A DNA stretch of 64,000 nt from Octopus vulgaris (lineage: Eukaryota), in NCBI GenBank assembly GCA_951406725.2, contig OX597815.1:163184001-163248000 (forward strand). The letters run 5' to 3'. A program made the position numbers and the translations under genes. Position 1 is the first letter of the stretch. The number at the start of each line of letters is the position of its first letter. The notes under the pieces were generated by a model. The model did not search any database. It was not told where the DNA came from and saw only the letters and a program-made list of their open reading frames with translations. Of this stretch, positions 25,636-37,922 are shown piece after piece.

Positions 25636-26046
25636 AGGAGTGGCTGTGTGGTAAGTAGCTTGCTTACCAGCCACATGGTTCCGAGTTCAGTCCCACTGCG
25701 TGGCACCATGGGCAAGTGTCTTCTACTATAGCCTCGGGCTGACCAAAGCCTTGTGAGTGGATTTGGTAGACGGAAACTGAAAAGAAGCCCGTCCTATATA
25801 TGTATATCTATATGTATGTGTGTGTGTGTGTGTTTGTCTGTCTCTGTTTGTCCCCCCAACATCGCTTGACAACCGATGCTGGTGTGTTTACGTCTCTGTA
25901 ACTTAGTGGTTTGGCAAAAAGAGACCGATAGAATAAGTACAAGGCTTACAAAGAATAAGACCTGGAGTCAATTTGCTCGACTAAAAGGCGGTGCTCCAGC
26001 ATGGCCGCAGTCAAATGACTGAAACAAGTAAAAGAGAGTAAAGAGT
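25636..26046 (+). mobile_element. Full-length SINE family A
   Basis: tRNA-like A/B boxes, internal (TA)n(TG)n, tail GAAACAAGTAAAAGAGAGTAAAGAG. More than 15 copies or fragments in the window. Confidence 0.92.
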
Positions 26047-28080
26047 ATATACAGGTATACATATATATATATATTTACAGACCAAGATGTATATATGTGT
26101 ACATGTAATATGTACACATATATATATACACCCATATACATGCATACATATATACACCCATACACACACACATATATATATATACATTGGTGCAAGTGTG
26201 GCTGCATGGTAACAAACTTGGTTCCAAAACACATGGTCCTGGGTTCAGTCCTACTGTGTGGTGACTTCACATGTGTCTTCTGCTATAGCCTCAGACCAAC
26301 CAAAGCCTTGTCAGTGGATTTTTCAGGCAGAAACTGAAAGAAATCAATCGTATATATATGTATGTGTATATTTAAGTGTATGTGTGTGACTTTGTCTCTG
26401 TGTTTCTCCCTCATCACTGCTTCACAACTGCTGTTCGTTTATTTACATCCCCATAACTTACTGGTCTGACAAGAAGAAACTTATAGAATAAGTGCCAGGC
26501 TTATCAAAATAAAAAAAAGCACTAGGCAGTGTCTCATATTTCTATTTGCCCACTCAGTTGTACCTATCAATTTATCGTTTTATTTGTGTGTGTGTATATA
26601 TATATATAATACACACACACACACACATATATGTATATGTGCATATTCATATCTATTATATAAAAGTCAATATCTTCATGTGAGTTCATGTGTTACTTAT
26701 ACATTTGAAAACTGCTGCACCGATCCTAATGAAATTTGGAACACAAAATCCAAGCCTAGGGAGAAGGGCAATGTTGTGTGTTTTATACAATTTCATGGAC
26801 CAAAATTACTGAATGGATCCTTATGATATTTGGAATTTAGATTCAATGCACAAGGGCGTGTATAATGCAATATGTTTGGTTTGAATTTCAGATGGCTTAA
26901 AGGGGGCAGAACCCCCATGAAAATTCATAAATTTTCAATGTTTATGAAATTTCAACTATGGGTAATTTGACACACATCAAGAACTATTCTCAAAGCTTCC
27001 ACTTCTCATGAGGATGCAGAATACCTGCTTGATTAGAACTAACCTGGAGTTAAACAATGATTGCATAGAAGATGCCTCTTTTGGATGAAATATTACTATT
27101 ATCAACTATACTATTCCAGATTCATGGAGGTGGGTGGGGCAAAAGACCTGAGAAACATATTTTCCAGTATACAAGCTGACATAGCATATAGTGTAAGCAT
27201 GTATTGCAAACAGTCAAACATTGTCATTATCTTTTCAAATTCTGCTGCATTTCACATGCAACTTTTGGTTCTCCAAAGTTTTTTTTTATTCTATAAGTTG
27301 ATTTAACTTTTTCTAGTTGCAAATTTTGGTTTGAAAAATTTGTGGCAATCCCTGCTGGAAAATACAGGCAAATGGACAACAATGTCAAGATTTTAATTAT
27401 CTAATTAAAAGGGCTTCAAGTTTTATAAATTTTTAAAAATATCTTGTGAAAATACATAAACAGGGCCTCTGATATTGGAGTGAGGAAAGAAGTTATTCTC
27501 AAATCAGATCGGACCAGGCCAAAATGCTTGCAACAAAGTTGATTCTGCTGAAGGCCTTCAAATACCAGGTGTAGATGTTAAATTGGATGATAAATTAGGT
27601 GTCTAATAAGAAGGCTTTGTTGGAGTTTGAACTCAGAATGCAAAGATCCTAAACAAATACAAGGTACCCTGCCTGATGCTTTAACAATTTTGCCTTTCTA
27701 CTGCTTAAAACTGGTACTTGATCTATTAACTTTGGAAGAATGAAGGTAAAGTTGATGTCAATTGGATTTGAACTCAGAATGTAAGGTACTAGAATACTGC
27801 AAAACATTTTATCCAGTGCTCTCCTGACTGTCCATCTGACATCTAGTGCTGTAGGAAAATACCAAAATTAGCACACTTTACCTCCTTACTTCATGAATTT
27901 CTGGTTAATTGAGAATGGCTAGTAACACTAGCACTGCACTAGATTGATAAAATTAGGTAAACAAACTTATGGAGGGACATACTTCTATCATTATCCAGGA
28001 CCATGGCAAAAAGGCAGGCAGGCATGCTTGTTGGTTTATTGATATTAGAGTTCTTTGATTTGAAGGGGCTGAATAGGGTT

Positions 28081-28510
28081 CCCTTACCATTCAGATTTCT
28101 CTATCAAATGTAATGTGAATTCATTCACACTGATTTGAATTAATCATACATTATCTTGTAGCTTTAAGATTTCAGTGATGTGATTGTTTATGTTTTGAAT
28201 GACATTGTTGGGTAGGTGTAAGAGGCCAGATCTGGTCAGTCTGAACATTAAACTGGTAGAATATTTTGGGCTGGATATGGCTGTTTGCAATGTCGCTGGT
28301 GCCAAGCTGTATTGACCTTTGCCTTTCCCTTGGACAACATTAGAGGCATGGGGAGAGGAGACTGATATGTATGGACACAGCTCATCTTCCACAAATAACC
28401 ATGCCTGGACTTGTGCCTTGGAGGGGAACTTTTGAGGTGCAATCCCATGGTCATTTGTGACCAAAGGGGGTCTTTGCCCTTTACCATGGATAGTTTAAAT
28501 GTTAAAAGGA
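28081..28510 (-). mobile_element. piggyBac-type MITE (14144 family) interrupted by a SINE D fragment
   Basis: Reverse complement of 14144-14370, split by 28285-28475. Confidence 0.7.
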
Positions 28511-29005
28511 CTGCAAGAAACAGGAATCAGAAGTGGCTTATGTAGCACTAGGCCAGCACCGATGGAGCAGAACCATACCATCTTGCTTTTTTCTGAAGTC
28601 TTCTGTATTTAGAACCTCATAGACAGTATGTCCTTTTGCTTTTAAGATGATAGAAGGTAATTTAAGAGAAATTTAATTAAGTTAACCTTGATAGTTCAAA
28701 GGAGAGAAATTGGCAGAATGATTTGCAGTATTTATTTCATCTCCCTTTACTATTTATCTTATCTTATTTGACTTTACTATTATCTTATCCAAGTTAATAA
28801 ATAAAGTAACCATACTTTAGTTGAGGGGGCTAAGAAATGAATGTTTAAATATACTGGTCTCATCCATTCTTGCTCTACTATTTTGTCAATATGAAATAAA
28901 AAAAAAAGAAAGCACTACAACATAATTAAAGATGCTCAAGTTAGAAATAACAGTCAAATCACTCTCTACAGTCATAAAAGTAGGACATATTGGATAAGGT
29001 CCAAT

Positions 29006-29368
29006 ATGGCTGTGTGGTAAGAAGTTTGCTTTCCAACCACATGGTTCTGGGTTCATTCCCACTGCATGGCATCTTAGGCAAGTGTATTCAACTATAGCCT
29101 TGTATGTAAATATGTGTGCTTGTGTGTGTGCTTGTGTGTGTGTTTTTGTGTGTGCTTGTCTCCCACCATGGCTTGACGGCTGGTGTTAGTGTGTTTATGT
29201 CCCTCTAACTTAGCGGTTCAGCAAAGTATCAGCAAAAGTATCAGGACTATTAATAAAAAAAATAATAAGGAAGTACTGGAGTTGACCCATTTGACTAAAA
29301 CCCTTCAAGGCAGTGCCCAAGCATGGCTACATACAGACTAATGACTGAAACAAGTAAAAGAAAAAGAG
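29006..29368 (+). mobile_element. SINE family A, diverged
   Basis: Head and tail match family A. Confidence 0.8.
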
Positions 29369-29967
29369 GTATATATACATAAATAAAATATAGGGTGGTA
29401 TATATAGAAGGCCTTTGATCAAAAGTCTGCTTATCAGAACTGACCAAACTAAACATCAAAGGAGACTCATGAAATTTATGGTAGTCCAACTTCTTAGAAG
29501 ATACGTTGTAACATCGTATGGTATCTATTTAAAAATGAGGTTGTTTGTTGTTCTTTGGCTCCAGGTGAACACAAACAGACCAATAATCAATAACATTCCA
29601 GCTGCTATTATCACCTCTTGTTAAGAGAAATAGTGTATCAAGGGCTACATTATTCAAGATGAGTTTTTTCGTTTATCACTGTAGTGCATTATTTAAGGGA
29701 GATAAACTACTATTTCTAGCAGGTCAACAGATTTCTTATTGGGATTATAGAAGATATAGTCAGCCAAAAAATGTTGTTGACCCTTCACAATTAAGATTAC
29801 TGTGTCAAATGTAATGCTTATTTATTTGATTTCCTTTGACTCAATCATGTATTCTCTTTTATTTGTTGCAGTCATTTGATTGCCACCGGTACTTATTTTA
29901 TGGGTCTCTTGATATATATATATATATACACACATATACATACATATATATATATATATATATATGT

Positions 29968-30290
29968 GAGGGCGCGTGGCTTAGTGGTTAGAGCATTCGG
30001 CTCATGATCGTAAGGTTGTGAGTTCGATTCCCGGCGACGCGTTGTGTCCTTGAGCAAGACACTTTATTTCACGTTGCTCCAGTCCACTCAGCTGGCAAAA
30101 ATGAGTTGTACTTGTATTTCAAAGGGCCAGCCTTGTCACTCTCTGTGTCACGCTGATTATCCCCGAGAACTACGTTAAGGGTACACGTGTCTGTGGAATG
30201 CTCAGCCATTTGCACGTTAATTTCACGAGCAAGCTGTTCCGTTGATCGTATCAGCTGGGACCCTCGTCGTCGTATCCGGCGGAGTCTTTA
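29968..30290 (+). mobile_element. SINE family D, body type 2 (young, CpG-rich)
   Basis: Same head and core as 9339-9480 but a different 3' body; homologous to 56264-56590 and 10690-10880. Confidence 0.88.
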
Positions 30291-30326
<36 letters not shown>

Positions 30327-30424
30327 GTATATATATGCATACCTATATATATACATACCTATATATATATATACATGCATATGTATACACATACATATAT
30401 ATATATACATGCATATGTATACAC

Positions 30425-30458
<34 letters not shown>

Positions 30459-31830
30459 GTTTCAGTTATTTGACTGCTGGAGCACCACCTTTAGTTGAGC
30501 AAATCGATCCCAGGACTTATTCTTTGTAAGCCTAGTACTTATTCTATCGGTCTCTTTTACCGAACCGCTAAGTTACTTGGATGTAAACACACTAGCATCG
30601 GTTGTCAAACAGAGAAACACACATACATATATATGATAGGCTTCTTTCAGTTTCCATCTACCAAATCCACTCACAAGGCTTTGGTCGGCCCGAGGCTATA
30701 GAAGACACTTGCCCAAGGTTCCACGCAGTGGGACTGAACCCGGAACCATGTTGTTGGTAAGCAAGCTACTTACCACATGGCCACACACATATATATAAAT
30801 GTATATCATCATCATCATCATTTAACGTCTGCTTTCCATGCTGGCATGAGTTGGGCGGTTTGCTTGAGGACTGAGAAGCCAGAAGTCTGTACCAGGCTCC
30901 AGTCTGCTCTGGCAAGATTTCTACAGCTGGATGCTCTTCCTAATGCCACCCACTCTGAGAGTGTAGTGGGTGCTATTTACGTGCCACCAGCATGAGGGTC
31001 GATAAATTAAGTACCAGTTACGCACTGGGGTTGATGTAATCGACTTAATACCTATGTCTGTCCTTGTTTGTCCCCTCTGTGTTTAGCCCCTTGTGGGTAA
31101 TAAAGAAATAGGTACTGGCATCAACCACACTCAAATGGTGCTTTTTACATACCACTGGCATGGAAGCCAGTGAAGCAGCACTGGCAACTACAACGCTCGA
31201 ATGGTGCTTTTTATGTGCCAGTGGCATGAGTGCCAGTCAGGCGGCACTGGCCATATATATATATATGCATACATACAATGGGCTTCTTTCAGTTTCTGTC
31301 AACCAAATCCACTCATAATGATTTGGTGAGCCTGAGGTGCAGGTGAAGGCACTTGCCAAGGTGACACACAGCAGGACTGAAACTGGAACCTTGCAGTTGG
31401 GAAGCAAGCATCTCAACACACAGCCATGAATGAGCTAGTATTTTTTTCTTTTCTTTTACTTGTTTCAGTCATTTGACTGCAGCCATGCTGGAGCACCACC
31501 TTTAGTCAAAGAAATCAATGCCAGGACTTATTCTTTGTAAACCTAGTACTTATTCTATCAATCTCTTTTGCTGAACTGCTAAGTTAAGGGGATGTAAACA
31601 CACCAACATTAGTTGTCAAGCAATGGCAGGGTGACAAACATAAACAAACAAACATATACATATATATGATGTTTTCTTTCAGTTTCCATCTACCAAATCC
31701 TCTCACAAGGCTTTGGTCGGCCCGAGGTAATAATAGAAGACACTTGCCCAAGGTGCCATGCAGTGGGACTGAACTCAGAACCATGTGGCTGAGAAGTAAG
31801 CTTTTTACCACACAGCCACACCTGTGCCTA
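30459..31830 (-). mobile_element. Cluster: SINE A (30459-30786), RTE 3' end (30806-31252) containing a SINE C piece (30996-31111), SINE A pieces (31265-31430, 31452-31830)
   Basis: Similarity to the reference copies of each family. Confidence 0.8.
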
Positions 31831-31997
31831 TATAGAAAACATTTCAAGATTTTGATGATGTGATTGTTTATTTTTAGAATGACATTGTAGGGTAGGTATG
31901 AGAGGTTAGATCTGGCCAGTTTAAATGATAAACTAAGAAATATTGTAACCACATTTGACAATAACAACAGCAACAAATTCAATATCTTTCAGACAGT

Positions 31998-32003
31998 TTT
32001 ATT
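31998..32003 (-). terminator. Candidate polyadenylation signal (AATAAA) for pygopus
   Basis: Minus-strand AATAAA followed ~20 nt later by GU-rich TTTGTTGCTGTTGTTATTGT. Lies at the boundary between U-rich (minus-strand) unique DNA and a dense TE cluster. Confidence 0.45.
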
Positions 32004-33223
32004 ACCACTGATTTGTTTCATTCCATATAAAGACAAAGAATAAAAAATAAAAATAAAAATAAAAATAAAAAATAAAATAAAATTTTTTTTTTTAAATAGA
32101 AATTAAAAGAAGTTACAGGTTGAATATTTCTTTTTTTGTTTTTGTGGAAACAAACATACATCTCTGTTGTTACAACCACTTAGAGTCTTTATCATCTGAA
32201 GAGTGGAATATATATATGTGTGTGCATATACATACATATATTACATACACACATATATCTATACATACATATATATATATGCATATATATATATATATAT
32301 ACATACATACATACACACATATACATATATCCATATACATATTACATATATATATATGTATGCATATTATACATATGCATACATACACATATATACACAC
32401 ATATATATATATATATACATATACGTATCATTGATGTGATACTGCTTATTAGAAAATACATTACACAGAGTAATGTGTGTGCAGTTTCTGGGAAGTGTTA
32501 TACACGGACAAAAGCTTACAAAAAATAACATTGGGATACGTTTGGGATATAAAATTACATACTACATATATAACACGCAACAGGGCTTCAAATAAAAAAT
32601 CTGAAACCTTGTAACATATATATATACATAACTCTCGGTATGGTCTCAGCCAAAAGACTGAAAGCCAGTACATATAAAGAGTATATATATAATGCCAGTA
32701 TAGGCACAATAAAAATTATAGAAAAAAAAATACAAAAAAAGTAAAAAAAAAACAAACTTTTGGGGACAAAGCAACAGCCAAAAAAGGTCGAAGCTTGATC
32801 GGTTAAAAACATGTACATACATTATTACATTACAAAAATGTAAATGTAGAACAAGAGGGAAGGACAGACATGAGTTCTAAAGAACATATATAAAACAGAC
32901 AGTAGGAAAGCTTATAACCAGGATAAGAACATTGAAGCTCTGAAACAGTTTCGAAGCTGATTAACTGAAAAGTTACAAATCAAGAGATGCTAACTTGACA
33001 GTTTTTTCGTCTTTCTTCCTTCCTTCATTTATTTTTTCCTTTTCTTTCTTTTTTTTTTTTTTTTTAAATATAACTTGAAGATTGGGAGTGTTACTGTAAA
33101 TTTCTTAAATAACAAACTGCTCATCAATAATATGATGATATAGTGTGAAAAATAGATTGCGATAAAACTGGTGTTTGCTTTTTTTCTTTTCTTAAAATTT
33201 AATTTAAATGAAATTTGTTTTCA

Positions 33224-33502
33224 CCCTTTTGATAACCAACCTGCCCGAGATTGCCCCTGGTCTAGGATGAACATTTCCAGTTTAAAACGATCTAATTAAA
33301 AAAAAACCTTCCTTTCAAAGTTTCATTCTAATCTATGTTCCAAACACCCTGCCTAATGATGACAACAATTATTGGTGTCGATGTAACCAATTAGCCCCCA
33401 TCCCAAAAGATTTCAGGCTTTGTGCCACCCGTAGAAAAGATTTTATAAATTAATCGAAACAAGGGAAATGTGTATTTCAACAGAAATATGGTAACAAAAG
33501 GG
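33224..33502 (+). mobile_element. piggyBac-type MITE (18480 family) with an internal SINE C fragment
   Basis: CCCTTTTGATAACC ... GGTAACAAAAGGG termini. Confidence 0.7.
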
Positions 33503-34367
33503 TTTAAGAATTTTTATTTATAAGAGGAATTGAATCTATATTTTCATTTTAAGGAATTTGAGGAAGTTATATAAAAACACACATGGTGCGTACTAAATCT
33601 TTAGCTGCATCCATGATGTGTTAAGTTGCACAGCATTGCTTTAGACATCATTTAAATCCAGTTACAATTTAAGCTTGGACTGGCCATATCTTAATTTTGT
33701 TTTGGTACCTTTTTTTTTTCTGATCATACATTTTAAATCAAACAAGTTTGATAGTCAGATATTTTGCTTGTCTTGGCGAGGAAGAGAGAGCAAGAAAGAG
33801 GTAAAAAAAAAAAAAAAAAAAAAGAAGGAATAAACGCTCTTGGTAAACTTCAAGACATATATTGTTGCCCTTTCAGAACTATAGCCCTTTTGTGGAGATG
33901 AACCCAAGAAAGAAAGTTAACTTTTATTTTTCACTTTTATCAACTGCTTGATAACCAGGCCATTTTAATATTTCAGTTATTCAAGAGATTCTATTTCCAA
34001 CAGCAATGCAGTTTATTCTTTAACCGAAGAATAGAATCAGACAAGATTAGACCTAATCTTTAAAATTCTAAACTTTTACCCCGGCTTAGTAAATATAAAC
34101 ACACACACACACACACACACATATGTTGACACTCTTTCACTGAAAATGTACTAACATAAAATGAAACACAAGTGAATATAACAGTGTATATGTATTCTAA
34201 ATGACTATCAGAACTATATTATGATACAATTGTTTCTGTTTCAACATACTACCTCAGATTGAATTAAATGCAAAGAAGTACAACACACACACACTGTTAT
34301 ATTTAAGGATGATCAATTTTTTTTGCCAAATAAACATACACACTATAAACTTGTTCTTTATTCCAGT

Positions 34368-34601
34368 TTTATTATTGTTCTTATTCCTTTGCCTTTAATG
34401 TTTCGTCACACATCCTGTGACCTCTTCATTGAGTTTCCATCCCAAGTGTCTGCCCCTGTCCTGTTTAGTCCATTCTGTTGTTTTTTTTTTTGGACTAAAT
34501 AGGACAGGAGAAGACATGTGGAAGGAGAGTTGCTGAAGAGGTCACACGACATGTGATGAAAGATTTAAGACAAAGGACACTAAAATAAGAACAGCAATAA
34601 A
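34368..34601. repeat. Fold-back inverted repeat 1 (~105-bp diverged arms) with hammerhead-like cores
   Basis: Arms 34368-34472 and 34491-34601. Plus strand CTGAAGA-G-GTCACA cgaca TGTGAT-GAAA (34533-34561). Minus strand ATGAAGA-G-GTCACA ggatg TGTGAC-GAAAC. Confidence 0.8.
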
Positions 34602-34604
34602 GTA

Positions 34605-34759
34605 GTCCTCACTCTGTTTGTTGTTACCACATTTCAGCTGATGTACTCTCCAGCCTTTATCAGGTGTTCTGGTGGGCTCAAAATCCCACCAGAACACCTG
34701 ATGAAAGCTGGAGAGTACATCAGCTGAAATGTTGTGATAACAACAAACAAAGTGAGGAC
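34605..34759. repeat. Fold-back inverted repeat 2 (~72-bp near-perfect arms, 8-nt loop), Penelope-like
   Basis: GTCCTCACT..GGTGGG ctcaaaat CCCACC..AGTGAGGAC. Confidence 0.9.
34693..34738 (+). ncRNA. Minimal type I hammerhead ribozyme motif (Penelope-type)
   Basis: AACAC-CTGATGA-A-AGCTG gagagtacat CAGCT-GAAA-TG-TT-GTGAT: intact CUGAUGA and GAAA core, perfect 5-bp stem II, vestigial stem III, UH site after 34733, stem I with 4 of 5 pairs. Confidence 0.6.
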
Positions 34760-35944
34760 ACCTATCCGTCCATTGTAAATAATGTACATAATTCCTCATC
34801 TGAAAAATATAGAACAGTATTAACAATAAAGCTGAAGTGAGGAACAAATATATTGTGCATGTGTTAATTTAAAAAAATAACCATCCTGATATATAGCAAT
34901 ACCTGTTTGAACACAAAATTTGACATCAGAAATCTTGCAAAACAAATACATAAAAGCATATATATATACTATATAGAGAAATGTGAAATTTGATTTAATA
35001 CTAAATTGAATTTTTCCCTGTAAGTTTGGAGTTGTACTCCCTATTATTCTTATAAGTTGCAATTCATTTATCTCTTTTATATCTTCATTCTTTCTGCTGA
35101 AGCTGAAACATGTTACAACTTGTGAAAATGAACTATAATACATTTTACATACTCTATCTATTACATTGTCCATACTGGATTCTTTTCTTTTCTTTTTTTT
35201 TTGTGAATAGGGAATTTCTAAGTCTTATGATTATAAATATATTTGATAATACACACACATACACACACTCTAGAGATTTAGAGGCAAGAATTCCTTCGAA
35301 TAAGTTAGAAGAACAGAGTTAACATCTTGAAAAGAGAAAGAAATAGATGATACCAAAAGGGAGAAGAATGAGAGAAAAAGAAAACTTGAAATATAGAACT
35401 TATAATGATAACAGACAGATTGTGTGTGTGTGTGCGAGAGAGAGAGATAACTGCTTAGATTTTCAACATGAAGTTATATTAGACATTATGAATACCAATT
35501 TGAGACAGAAAGTAAAAAGCAGGCATGCTGATGAGAGATTTGAATCACGTATGTACCTATCTACTGCTTGCTGGTCGACGACCTCGTTAATAAAGTTGTT
35601 TTGCATTCCTGTTACAAATTCATGTTTATAATGTTTAATATCAAGTAGAAAATTAAGAAGTAAAAGAAGGAAGAAGGAGGAGGATGTAATGGTGTGTGGA
35701 GGTTAATATAAGAAGAAGAGTTTAAAGAGTTTGTCCTTATACTGCCATATATTGTGAGAAGAGAGGTCAGAGTTTGGCAAATTTATAAGTTGATGTTCAA
35801 CAGATTCCATACAGAATGCTAGACACAGAAGACAGAATTGAATGAAATAGAAGACAATCAAATCATATGATATTCATAACAATAATAATCTTCTGATATT
35901 CCTGTCTGGATAGAATCTAAATGAGCATGTATATTTAATTCTTT

Positions 35945-35994
<50 letters not shown>

Positions 35995-37019
35995 ATGGTG
36001 TGTATTTGTAGAGAGAGAGAGGTTGAAAATAATACTTATAGTAAGTAGGTTGTAAATAACAGAGAGACTACTTAGGTAAGAAAATGATGCTGTCAGCATG
36101 GTGCATATATTTTGGTTACAGAGATGAGCTGTTTAGTAGCACCAGAAGAAAGGGAGATTAAGAGGTGCGTATGTGTGGACTGTTATCTATGCAGATATTC
36201 ATGAGTGTATATATGATATATATTAAATGTAATGTGTATGTAGATGCCTCAACTTGCATTAGCATATGTAAATCCATATCATACACACCAAAAAAAACCC
36301 CAAAAAAACATGGCATGCATACACATTCATTTGAAGTTGATGATTAATTCTGTCACTACTCAAACTTTCCCTGCTTTGTGAGATCCTTCAGGTGAAAAAA
36401 AAAAAGAACCCAGCTTTGACAGTTGACAGTATGAATGAACTCTATTATGTGTATTGAGTACTTTTTCTCCCATTTCTACACTCAGATGTGTGTGTGCAGC
36501 GAGGTATATATACATATATATATATATCCTTAATCTTGTGTGAAAACATATCAGGTCACAGGTAAATATAACCTTGCTTGGACACAGGTGAGGGTTTGTG
36601 ACAGGAAAGGCATTCAGCTGTAGAAAATTTGTCTCAACAAATTCCACCTGACCCATGTAAGTATGTAAAAGTTCACATTAATATGATGATGACACACACA
36701 CAAACATATATCATCATCATCATCTAACATCCATTTTCCCTGCTGACATGGGTTGGACGGTTTGACAAGAGCTGCACCAGGTTACACTGTCATCATTTTA
36801 ACATCTACTTTTTCATACTTACATGAGTAAGATGAAATTTGTCAAGGAAATTTTTCTACAGCTGGATGCCTTTCCTGTTACCCTCACCTGTTTGCAAACA
36901 AGGTAATATTTCCCCTTAGCCAGACACGTTTCCACAAAAAAAAAAAAAAAGGAAATGAATGACGTTGTTAGTATGATGTTGACATGAGATGTTAGAATAA
37001 GGACACAAACACATATATA

Positions 37020-37058
<39 letters not shown>

Positions 37059-37870
37059 GAGCTTCTTTCAGTTTCTATCTACCAAATTCACTGACAAGGA
37101 TTTGGTCAGCTTAGGGCTAAGGTAGGAGACACTTACCCAAGGTATCATGCAGCGAGATTGAACCCAGAATCATGTGGTTGAGAAGCAAACTACTAAACCA
37201 AACAAGCATGCATGCATGTGTGTGTCTGTATGTATATATATCATTACACACACATACGTACATACACACATTTATTAATAATAAAGAATAAAGGAAAAAG
37301 TACTCAATACTGTGAGTATTAATTTATTTTGGTTAGCTGAAGTCAGTAGAGGCAACTACTGGCTGTTTCCTCTTGCAAAAGACTCAGGCAATTCTTCAAG
37401 TCACCATATTGGAATTCACATGCCACAATGGCAGCCTGAAGAATCCCGTGAGTCGTTCACACCAGCAGACTACCATTAGTCGTCAGCATTCATTTTAACC
37501 AATCAAGAAAGTTGATGTAAGACATTGCAGAGTTATCCAATTCATGTCAGCATGATATGTTGATATCATTATCATTACAACCATTCTGGCATTGTGTTGG
37601 ATTAGTTATAAATAAGATATATCACCTTTCATGCTAACCATAATCAGTAACAGAAGCACCGCCACCTCAATGAAAAGCTATCAGTATAGCAAGTGTCTAC
37701 CTATGAATATAGCTACTGTCTATCAGTTACAGTGTTAATCTAATATTGCTGAATGGCTTTAGAATTTTGTCTGTTAATGATATATATATATATATAAAAG
37801 ACACAAAGCACTCTCAACAAATATCATGTATAATTTTGTTTGCATGCTAGCTATATCATCATCCAAAGTA

Positions 37871-37922
<52 letters not shown>

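Noticed and set aside
29968-30045. tRNA-like sequences with A and B boxes (also 24750-24825, 25636-25700, 7450-7540)
   Set aside because: They are SINE heads continuing into repeat bodies, with no complete cloverleaf or acceptor stem.
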